Shown here: positions 7,048-13,932 of the stretch, piece by piece | How the letters are laid out: every line of letters starts with the position of its first letter | Numbering within the stretch: position 1 is the stretch's first letter | Assembly: GCA_004293675.1 (NCBI GenBank) | Contig: READ01000015.1 | Span: forward strand, 214,865 to 238,864 | Length of the DNA: 24,000 nt | Source: Betaproteobacteria bacterium | Lineage (GTDB): Bacteria > Pseudomonadota > Gammaproteobacteria > Burkholderiales > Casimicrobiaceae | Reading direction: 5' to 3' | The notes under the pieces: generated by a model | Told to the model about the DNA's origin: nothing | The model's database searches: none | The model's input: only the letters and a program-made list of their open reading frames with translations | Program-made: the position numbers and the translations under genes

Positions 7048-7974
7048 ATGAAAAATCATCCTCCTATTCGCCTCATTGGCGCGCCCACTGACATCGGCGC
7101 AGGCTCGCGCGGCGCATCGATGGGCCCCGAAGCCATGCGGGTTGCTGGGCTCGCAACAGCGCTCCAAGCACACGGACTGCATGTGATTGACGACGGTAAC
7201 TTGAGCGGCCCGCCCAATCCCTGGCAAGGCCCGGTCGAGGGCTACCGTCATTTGCCCGAAGTGCTCGCGTGGAACACCGCCGTTCGCGACGCGGTGTCAA
7301 TGAGCCTGTCTGCCGGTGAGTTTCCAATGCTTTTGGGCGGCGATCATTGCTTAGCCATCGGCTCGATCACCGCGGTGGCGGCACACTGCAAAAACAAAGG
7401 CAAACGGCTGCGTATAGTTTGGCTCGATGCCCATGCTGATTTCAACACCAGCAACATCACGCCCTCGGGCAATATTCACGGCATGCCAGTGGCAACACTC
7501 TGCGGTTTCGGCGCGGCGTCGTTAGTTAACTTAGCTGATCCAGCCCCTGCGATCAAGGCCAACGAGATCGTTCAGATTGGCATTCGAAGCGTCGACATCG
7601 ACGAAAAACAATTCGTGCATCAACAAGGCATCGAAGTCTTTGACATGCGCGCCATCGATGAAATGGGCATGCGCTCGGTCATGGATCAAGCGCTCATCGG
7701 CGTCGATGAAAACACCCATTTGCATTTGTCATTCGACGTGGATTTTCTCGATCCCGATATTGCACCGGGTGTGGGCACCACCGTGCGCGGCGGACCGTCG
7801 TATCGTGAAGCGCAGCTGTGCATGGAGATGATTGCCGACAGCGGACGGCTCGCCTCGCTCGACTTGATGGAGCTCAATCCCGCGCTTGATCACCGCAACA
7901 AAACCGCTGAATTGGCCGTCGATTTGATCGAAAGTCTGTTTGGTAAATCTACATTGATGCGGGTGCGAACTTAG
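7048..7974 (+). CDS. rocF: Arginase
   Basis: 308-aa ORF with the ureohydrolase metal-binding motifs GGDHC, DAHADFNT and SFDVDFLDP, plus GGPSYREA. The length and motifs fit arginase better than agmatinase. Confidence 0.88.
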   Translation: MKNHPPIRLIGAPTDIGAGSRGASMGPEAMRVAGLATALQAHGLHVIDDGNLSGPPNPWQGPVEGYRHLPEVLAWNTAVRDAVSMSLSAGEFPMLLGGDHCLAIGSITAVAAHCKNKGKRLRIVWLDAHADFNTSNITPSGNIHGMPVATLCGFGAASLVNLADPAPAIKANEIVQIGIRSVDIDEKQFVHQQGIEVFDMRAIDEMGMRSVMDQALIGVDENTHLHLSFDVDFLDPDIAPGVGTTVRGGPSYREAQLCMEMIADSGRLASLDLMELNPALDHRNKTAELAVDLIESLFGKSTLMRVRT

Positions 7975-7983
7975 CGCGGCATT

Positions 7984-8083
7984 GCCCAATGAAATAAAGG
8001 CGATAAGCATTTTTTTGGTCTTATCGAAAACTAGCTAAAAGCTAGTAAACCCCTTATTTCGTAGGGCGTACCGTGAATATGTC
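7984..8083. repeat. Family-D AT-rich element, copy 1 (84-bp core 7984-8067 plus a conserved right flank)
   Basis: The left terminus is gcccaATGAAATAAAGGc and the right terminus is CCCCTTATTTCGTagggc, its inverted complement. From ATG (7989) to the end of the right terminus (8062) is 74 bp. The AT-rich interior holds the small hairpins CGATAAG..CTTATCG and ACTAGCTaaaAGCTAGT. The right flank gtgaatatgtc is shared with copy 2. Confidence 0.8.
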
Positions 8084-8202
8084 AGGGTGGCGATGCACTG
8101 ACGTCGCCACAGTCGAAGCGCCAGCCGCAACGCGCGCTCGTCGCCAATGAACCGATGCGTTACAGCTTGCACAATCGCCACCGAAGACTCGGCCGCGCTC
8201 AT
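8035..8202 (-). CDS. Possible small ORF (55 aa) translationally coupled to the upstream membrane-protein gene
   Basis: Its ATG overlaps the upstream stop as ATGA (8202-8199). The product is MSAAESSVAIVQAVTHRFIGDERALRLALRLWRRQCIATLTYSRYALRNKGFTSF. The first 40 codons are GC3-rich like the neighbouring genes. The last 15 or so codons and the stop lie inside the family-D element. I recognise no homology. Confidence 0.25.
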   Translation of the reverse strand: MSAAESSVAIVQAVTHRFIGDERALRLALRLWRRQCIATLTYSRYALRNKGFTSF

Positions 8203-8687
8203 TTCGAAATCTCGCTGAGCCACACCTTGCGCGTCGTCAAAAACACGGGCAGCGTCAGCGCGCCCACGATCGAAGCGTAGAGCGCCAACACATCCAACTC
8301 GGGACGCATCCGTCCGAAATTACACACCGTCGCCGTAATGGTCGCGCTGCCCAGCACCGCAACGATCATCGCGGGCCACGCCATAAATGGCCAACGCACT
8401 GACGCCACGCCGCTGGCCACGCCCATCGGAAACGCCAAGAAAACCGCCAACACCAAAATCATCACCGCGAACACCATCGCACTCAAGCCCGGCGCGCGGG
8501 CGGGCGCACCGATCACACCCGCGCGCCACAATGCGCCAAACACCAAGAGCAGCGCCAACGCAATCCAATACCAAGCGCCCAGGCGGATTCGATCAATGAA
8601 TGGCCGTGGTGACTCGCACCAACCCCATCGCGCGACAACAGATCCGGAATCACGGTCATCACCGAATGAAAACGAGCGACTACGCAT
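8199..8687 (-). CDS. Hypothetical integral membrane protein (about 4 TM helices)
   Basis: The ORF overlaps the creD stop by 8 nt. A strong GGAGAG Shine-Dalgarno lies 5 nt upstream of the ATG at 8687. The track's longer 174-aa version starts at 8723. It has four hydrophobic stretches, such as WYWIALALLLVFGAL and MVFAVMILVLAVFLAF. No family recognised. Confidence 0.6.
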   Translation of the reverse strand: MRSRSFSFGDDRDSGSVVARWGWCESPRPFIDRIRLGAWYWIALALLLVFGALWRAGVIGAPARAPGLSAMVFAVMILVLAVFLAFPMGVASGVASVRWPFMAWPAMIVAVLGSATITATVCNFGRMRPELDVLALYASIVGALTLPVFLTTRKVWLSEISK

Positions 8688-10050
8688 GATCGCTCTCCGA
8701 CGATTTGCTCGGCGCACTTTCAAGCAACGAACCCCAACGAATGTTCCGTGTCGAAATCATCACCGCCGCGAGCACCACAAAGATCAACAACGATCCGGCG
8801 AGCAAGGCATGCTGCTCCGATTGCAACACCAAATACAGCACCGCATAAAGACACGCGCAGCCCAACACCAAAGGCAGCGCCGCGCGCCAACCCCCGAGCA
8901 CACTTTTGGCGTATACCGCGATCAATGCCGTACAACCCAGCGCCGCCAGCGCATACGCCACTACAAACGACACATGCTCCGACACCGACAACAGCAACAA
9001 GAAAAACACCGCCAACGCCGCACCGATCAATAGGTACTGAACCGGATGCACCTTCACTCGGCGCAGCAACTCAAACAAACCCAAACCCACAAATGTCAGC
9101 GCAATGAAAAGCTCACCATACTTCACCGCGCGCTCGGATAATGCGCTGGGGTTTACGGGATCGACCAGGTTGACGGCCATCGCTTGCACGCAGTTATTCA
9201 CGAGCGCGAGCGATCCACATGGAAAACGCTTCTGCGCCTCGGTCGCCAACGAAGACACTCGCCACGACGCCGAAAAACCTTCATCGGTCACGCTGGTTTC
9301 CCGCGGTAAATACGATCCGATGAACGACGGATGCGGCCAAGTCGAGGCAAGCTTCATCTGAGTGTCGCCCGCCGTCGGCACGACACCAAGCGATTCGAAA
9401 CCCAGTAGGTCAACGCTCAACTTCACAGCGATCGTTTCCGGTAAGTCATGAACATTGGCCAGAGCGCTCATCGACACCGAAAAACCCGACGGCGATCCAT
9501 CCACCCCCGAACCCGACTGCAGCGGCAGCTTCACCGAATCAAACAAAACTTCCGCTGATTGAATGCCGCGCTGATCGGATAACAACACATGCAATATCGG
9601 CGCTGCGCACACCCAACGTCGACCCGTCGCCACCGCTGGGAGCTTAAACGCGCTGTCCGCGCCACTCCAGCGCGCGTCGGCAACCAGCGCAGCACGATAG
9701 GTTTGTACCGTGTAGAGCGAACGTCGCCGAGGCTCCACGTTGAGCGCGCCGCTCCACTGTGTGGTCAGGGGAAATGCGCGTTGCTGAAGCTCCGTGCCGC
9801 GGGAATAGGTGACTGCCTCCCCTTTTTTCGGCTCTGAAGGGACCTCGAGGTAGCAGGATCGCGAAATCACCGGACCCGACACCACCTGCGGTCCCGCCGA
9901 ACTCTGTTGCACACTTTGTGCTGCAAATGCGCGCTGCGCCAATCGATCACGACTTATGCCGGAAATCATGCCGAGCCCGATCACGAGCATTAGCAAAACC
10001 AACGCTAACGCCACACCCTTTTTCAACAACTCACCACGCAGCACACTCAT
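8680..10050 (-). CDS. creD: Inner-membrane protein CreD
   Basis: About 456 aa from the ATG at 10050, with GAGG 10 nt upstream. It has an N-terminal TM helix, SSAGPQVVSGPVI, WPHPSFIGSYLPRETSVTDEGFSASW, and a C-terminal cluster of TM helices, as in E. coli CreD. It lies directly downstream of creBC. Confidence 0.85.
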   Translation of the reverse strand: MSVLRGELLKKGVALALVLLMLVIGLGMISGISRDRLAQRAFAAQSVQQSSAGPQVVSGPVISRSCYLEVPSEPKKGEAVTYSRGTELQQRAFPLTTQWSGALNVEPRRRSLYTVQTYRAALVADARWSGADSAFKLPAVATGRRWVCAAPILHVLLSDQRGIQSAEVLFDSVKLPLQSGSGVDGSPSGFSVSMSALANVHDLPETIAVKLSVDLLGFESLGVVPTAGDTQMKLASTWPHPSFIGSYLPRETSVTDEGFSASWRVSSLATEAQKRFPCGSLALVNNCVQAMAVNLVDPVNPSALSERAVKYGELFIALTFVGLGLFELLRRVKVHPVQYLLIGAALAVFFLLLLSVSEHVSFVVAYALAALGCTALIAVYAKSVLGGWRAALPLVLGCACLYAVLYLVLQSEQHALLAGSLLIFVVLAAVMISTRNIRWGSLLESAPSKSSESDHA

Positions 10051-10186
10051 CACGAAACACCTCAACATCAAAATCGATGATGTCAGTGTGCAAGGCGTGT
10101 GTGAAAGCAAATTGAAGTTTGTGAAGCCAGCGTGAAGTCCATCACCACCCGTCTCCCAGATACGGGAGAAAGCACGCCCTACCCAG

Positions 10187-11611
10187 CTACGCTATGCGCA
10201 GGCGAAGCACCGCACGCGCTCCGAGCGCAGCATTCACAATAGAAAACTCACCCTGATGCAGCGCCATGACTTGCTTCACAATCGCCAATCCAAGACCACT
10301 GCTTTTAGGTGCGCCGCTCGGTCGCCGCGTAGATACAAAACGTTCACCAATTCTGGGAAGCAACATGGGATCAACGCCTGGTCCTGAATCCGACACAACA
10401 AGGTCAACGTGAGACGCGTTTGATTCAACATTCACAAGCACCCGCCCGCCTACGTTCGAAAACGCAATCGCGTTTTCCAACACATTGGATAGCGCAAGCT
10501 TCATCAACTCACGCTCCATCACAGCGCCAACGGGGCGCGACGGCAAACTCAGCTCAATGTGTACTTGCGCTCCATCGGCTCGCGGTTTCAGCGAATCGAC
10601 CACCTCACTCATGAGCGTACCCACATCGTGGTTTTTCGCATCGTCCAAACGCTGAGTTTGCTCCAAACGCGTCAACTCCAGCAATCGATCAACGCTGCGT
10701 TGCATGCGCGCGCTTTGATCGACCACATGCCCGGCAAATCGCGCTCGATCGGCGTCATTCATCGGCTCGGTCAACAATTCACCCGACGCGCGAATCGCCG
10801 CCAAAGGTGACTTCAATTCATGGGTGAGCGCCGTCACGTAGCGCTCCACATATTGCTGCCCCTCCAAGCGCGTTCGCATCGACGCCATCGCTCGCGCGAG
10901 CTTGCCCAGCTCGCCTCGAACCTCGGGCACCGGCACTCGCTTACCTGCGTCCACATCCTCAGCGTAGCGGGCCAATCGGCGAACTTCATACACCGTCCAG
11001 ATCGTGATGCCCGCACCGATCAACACCGACCACAGTAGCAACCACGCCGCGCTCTTGATGACACGCCATTCCGCTCGATCAATGAAAGGTTCAATGGTGT
11101 CCATGGGCTTGGCCACCGTGAGCACGCCAATCAATCGCCCCGCAGATTTCACAGGTGCCGCAACGTAGTAAATCGTTGGCCCATAGTCGCTTGATTTTTC
11201 TCGCGTGGCTCGCGCGCCGTATTCACCGCGAAGCGTCAACGCCACATCGCGCCACCGGCTGAAATCCTCGCCCACGGCTTTGTCCTCGGAATCAAACTGC
11301 ACAATGCCGCGCGCATCGGTCACATAGACCTGAAAATCGAGCGTCTCTTTGGCGATTCCCCAGATCGCCACATTGACCGCTCGCTGTCGATACGCTCGGA
11401 CATGATTGGCAAATCGCCCCGAGGCGATGGCTCCGCTCGCCAAATCGTCGCTCGCGACCTCGGCCAACAAATGCGCCGCGTCGACCATCACCTCTTCGGT
11501 CACTTCGCGCACACTCGGTCGAATTTCCGCAACGAAGGTATTCATCACGAAAAACATCGCAATGCCCAGCATCACGAAGCCCGCAAACATCATACGGATG
11601 CCTAGATACAT
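10187..11611 (-). CDS. creC: Sensor histidine kinase CreC
   Basis: 474 aa. The N-terminal TM region with FVAEIRPSVREVTEE is CreC-like. The H-box is LTHELKSPLAAIRASGELL, followed by an HATPase_c region (SDSGPGVD, GLGLAIVK). The synteny is creB-creC-creD. Confidence 0.88.
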   Translation of the reverse strand: MYLGIRMMFAGFVMLGIAMFFVMNTFVAEIRPSVREVTEEVMVDAAHLLAEVASDDLASGAIASGRFANHVRAYRQRAVNVAIWGIAKETLDFQVYVTDARGIVQFDSEDKAVGEDFSRWRDVALTLRGEYGARATREKSSDYGPTIYYVAAPVKSAGRLIGVLTVAKPMDTIEPFIDRAEWRVIKSAAWLLLWSVLIGAGITIWTVYEVRRLARYAEDVDAGKRVPVPEVRGELGKLARAMASMRTRLEGQQYVERYVTALTHELKSPLAAIRASGELLTEPMNDADRARFAGHVVDQSARMQRSVDRLLELTRLEQTQRLDDAKNHDVGTLMSEVVDSLKPRADGAQVHIELSLPSRPVGAVMERELMKLALSNVLENAIAFSNVGGRVLVNVESNASHVDLVVSDSGPGVDPMLLPRIGERFVSTRRPSGAPKSSGLGLAIVKQVMALHQGEFSIVNAALGARAVLRLRIA

Positions 11612-11630
11612 AAAGCAACACGCACTGCAG

Positions 11631-11672
11631 GTCCCCTCCCCTTCAAGGGGCGAGATAGGGTGGGGATGGGGT
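11631..11672. repeat. Single family-A G-rich hairpin unit in the creB-creC intercistronic gap
   Basis: gtcccctccccttcaaggggcgagatagggtggggatggggt aligns with the left arm at 3274-3312. It contains four G-tracts: GGGG-N7-GGG-N1-GGGG-N2-GGGG (11647-11671). Confidence 0.85.
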
Positions 11673-11758
11673 TCGGATCAATGCCATGTACCCAGCTCAC
11701 AACGAAGCTCACCTTCGACTGTGGCAGAGGCGTGTGTGGTGCAGAAAGAACATTCGCA

Positions 11759-12472
11759 TTACAAAACAACCGAATACCCCAGCCCGCGATGCGTCACCAC
11801 CACATCGATTGACGGATCAGCGTTTCGTAACTTCGCGCGAAGCGTTTTGATGTGCGTGTCCACGGTGCGCTCCATGCTCTCAGCATCGCGTCCCCACACC
11901 CGATCTAAAAGCGTCTCGCGCGAATAGATTCGTCCAGGACTTTGCAACAACAACTGCAAAAGATGCAATTCGCGACGCGTTAAATCAAGCCACTGATTGG
12001 CGTAGCGAAAGCGCTGTCCCGCAGCATCAAATTCGAAGCGCTGCGTCGGTTCTGCGAGCGGCGTGGCACCATTGGGCACACTCTGCGCACGGCGCAAAAT
12101 CGTCTTTACACGAAGCACCACTTCACGCGGGCTAAATGGTTTGGTCACGTAATCGTCCGCCCCCAATTCCAGCCCGACGATGCGATCGACCTCATCACTC
12201 ATCGCCGTCAACATCAAAATCGGAAGCTCGCTCGCTGAGAAATCCCCGCGTCGAATCTCACGACACAGATCAAGCCCTGAACCATCGGGCAATCCTAAAT
12301 CAAGAATGACCAACTGCGGCAGGTTCAACAGCACAGCGCGCGCCGCGGTCAATGTTGTTGCATGCTGCGCAGCAATGCCCGCCGTTGCGAGCGCGTAGAG
12401 CAAGGTCTCGGCGATAGCAATCTCGTCCTCAACGATCAATACGGACACAGCATCAGCGTTTGGTGAATTCAT
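11759..12472 (-). CDS. creB: OmpR-family response regulator CreB
   Basis: The receiver domain has VLIVEDE, DLGLPDGSG and the LTA..E..D.I.GLELGADDYVTKPFSPREV pattern. The winged-helix region has RTVDTHIKTLRAKLR and THRGLGY, close to E. coli CreB. I chose the ATG at 12472. The track ORF extends to a GTG at 12526. Confidence 0.88.
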   Translation of the reverse strand: MNSPNADAVSVLIVEDEIAIAETLLYALATAGIAAQHATTLTAARAVLLNLPQLVILDLGLPDGSGLDLCREIRRGDFSASELPILMLTAMSDEVDRIVGLELGADDYVTKPFSPREVVLRVKTILRRAQSVPNGATPLAEPTQRFEFDAAGQRFRYANQWLDLTRRELHLLQLLLQSPGRIYSRETLLDRVWGRDAESMERTVDTHIKTLRAKLRNADPSIDVVVTHRGLGYSVVL

Positions 12473-12572
12473 GACCGGATTGTGACACTGGCGCGGCGTG
12501 AGTCGATCCAAATCCCCTTTTGTCACGCGAACCGCGAATCAGCGAATCGATATGCCAACCATTTCAATCAAT

Positions 12573-12671
12573 GCCATATGAAATAAGGGATACGTTCTAT
12601 TTTTATATTTTGTTGAAAACATATTGCATTCGAACAAAACCCATGTTTCATAGGGCATTTGTGAATATAGC
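12573..12671. repeat. Family-D AT-rich element, copy 2 (84-bp core 12573-12656 plus a conserved right flank)
   Basis: The left terminus is gccatATGAAATAAGGGa and the right terminus is CCCATGTTTCATagggc. From ATG (12578) to the terminus end (12651) is 74 bp, identical to copies 1 and 3. The right flank gtgaatatagc matches copy 1. It lies in the divergent creB / radical-SAM promoter region. Confidence 0.8.
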
Positions 12672-12682
12672 TGTTATTCACA
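12660..12682. promoter_or_regulatory. Unassigned inverted repeat TGTGAATA-N7-TATTCACA
   Basis: Perfect 8-bp arms at 12660-12667 and 12675-12682. It lies just upstream of the SOS-box-like site and overlaps a possible -35 (TTGTGA, 12659-12664). A possible -10 (TATAAC) is at 12683-12688. Confidence 0.4.
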
Positions 12683-12687
12683 TATAA

Positions 12688-12703
12688 CTGTGCATAATCA
12701 CAG
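12688..12703. promoter_or_regulatory. LexA (SOS) box-like operator, CTGT-N8-ACAG
   Basis: CTGTgcataatcACAG is an exact match to the invariant gammaproteobacterial CTGT-N8-ACAG positions, with an AT-rich core. It ends 1 nt before the ATG at 12705 of the radical SAM gene. Confidence 0.55.
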
Positions 12704-12704
12704 C

Positions 12705-13811
12705 ATGTCCGGCGATATTCCCTCTCAACAGCCCAACAAAAGCGTCACCCGCGGTCGCGGCGCAACGCTCAATATGGCTGGCCGATTCGAGTCACGCGAC
12801 ACCGCCTGGTTTGACGACGGCTGGGGCGAAGATGAGCTCATTGAACGCCTCGGTAAAAAACCCAAAACCGTCATTCACATCGAAACCGCGAAATCGATCA
12901 TTTCGCGAAACAACTCACCCGATATTCGTTTCGATCAATCGGTCAATCCCTATCGCGGCTGTGAACACGGCTGCATTTATTGCTACGCGCGGGCCTCACA
13001 TTCGTACTTGAATCTCTCGCCCGGCATCGACTTCGAAACGCAGCTATTCGCAAAGACTAACGCCGCGGAATTGCTGCGAAAGGAAATCAGCAAACGTGGC
13101 TACGTGGTGAGCGCTATCAATCTGGGCGCCAACACCGACCCTTATCAACCGATCGAACGAACTCATCGCATCACCCGCGAAGTGATCGAGGTGCTCGCCG
13201 AAGCCAAGCATCCACTCACCATCGTCACCAAAAACGCGCTCATCTGTCGCGACATCGATCTGCTCGCGCCGCTGGCGGCAAAAAAATTGGTGCAGGTTTA
13301 CGTGTCGATCTCGCAGCTCGATAATGAACTCACGCGAATTCTCGAACCTCGCGCCAGCAGCCCCGCCAATCGCTTGCGTGCCGTGCGTGAACTCAGCAGC
13401 GCGGGCATTCCAACCTGTGTGCTTGTCGCGCCGATCATCCCCTTCATCAACGACGAATTTCTTGAACGGGTCCTTGAAGCCGCCAAAGACCACGGCGCCA
13501 TCGCCGCGAGCTACACCGTCATTCGTCTGCCCTACGAAATCAAAGCGCTCTTTAAAGACTGGCTCGCCACGCACTTTCCTGATCGCGCCGCGCATGTAAT
13601 GAATCGAATTCGCGATATGAAACAGGGCAAAGAAAACAACAGCGACTTTGGCGAGCGCATGCGCGGTTCGGGTATTTACGCCGACCTAATTCGTCAACGT
13701 TTCCGAAAAAACTGCGTGCGGCTCGGGCTCACATCGACCAACATTCCCGCGCTCGATCTCACGCAATTTGCACCCGCAACGCCACAAACGGGCCAGATTT
13801 CGCTTTTCTAG
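12705..13811 (+). CDS. PA0069-family radical SAM protein (SplB-like, often annotated as DNA repair photolyase)
   Basis: It has the CxxxCxxC cluster motif CEHGCIYCYAR, an N-terminal RGRGATLN..GRFE, and about 368 aa. The start is either ATG at 12705 or GTG at 12690, and neither has a clear Shine-Dalgarno. Confidence 0.82.
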   Translation: MSGDIPSQQPNKSVTRGRGATLNMAGRFESRDTAWFDDGWGEDELIERLGKKPKTVIHIETAKSIISRNNSPDIRFDQSVNPYRGCEHGCIYCYARASHSYLNLSPGIDFETQLFAKTNAAELLRKEISKRGYVVSAINLGANTDPYQPIERTHRITREVIEVLAEAKHPLTIVTKNALICRDIDLLAPLAAKKLVQVYVSISQLDNELTRILEPRASSPANRLRAVRELSSAGIPTCVLVAPIIPFINDEFLERVLEAAKDHGAIAASYTVIRLPYEIKALFKDWLATHFPDRAAHVMNRIRDMKQGKENNSDFGERMRGSGIYADLIRQRFRKNCVRLGLTSTNIPALDLTQFAPATPQTGQISLF

Positions 13812-13932
13812 CACCTGAGCGTTGCGATTCAGACTCCTCCCATGGCGCGATCAGACCTTCCACTTCTACACTCGCGGCGCGCATCAAACGATGCATGTCA
13901 CTAGATGGCACCATAACAATGAGGATTTCCGC

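Noticed and set aside
7989-7997. ATGAAATAA (Met-Lys-stop) mini-ORF present in the family-D left termini
   Set aside because: No consistent Shine-Dalgarno precedes it. The motif is mirrored on the other strand at the right terminus. Copy 3 reads ATGAAACAA, which has no stop. It is better explained as part of the inverted terminus than as a leader peptide.
8338-9033. 231-aa plus-strand ORF antisense to creD and the downstream membrane protein
   Set aside because: It is an R/T/P/H-rich low-complexity translation with no recognisable motif. It lies entirely antisense to ORFs with clear membrane-protein and CreD features.
12660-12682. TGTGA...TCACA arms as a CRP/Clp-type binding site
   Set aside because: The CRP consensus has a 6-nt gap between TGTGA and TCACA, and here the gap is 13 nt. 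I kept it only as an unassigned inverted repeat.
13812-13932. Upstream extension of the repeat-protein ORF (track start 13822)
   Set aside because: The extension (MRFRLLPWRDQTFHFYTRGAHQTMH...) has no signal-peptide character. ATG at 13933 has a GAGGA Shine-Dalgarno and is followed directly by a classical signal peptide.
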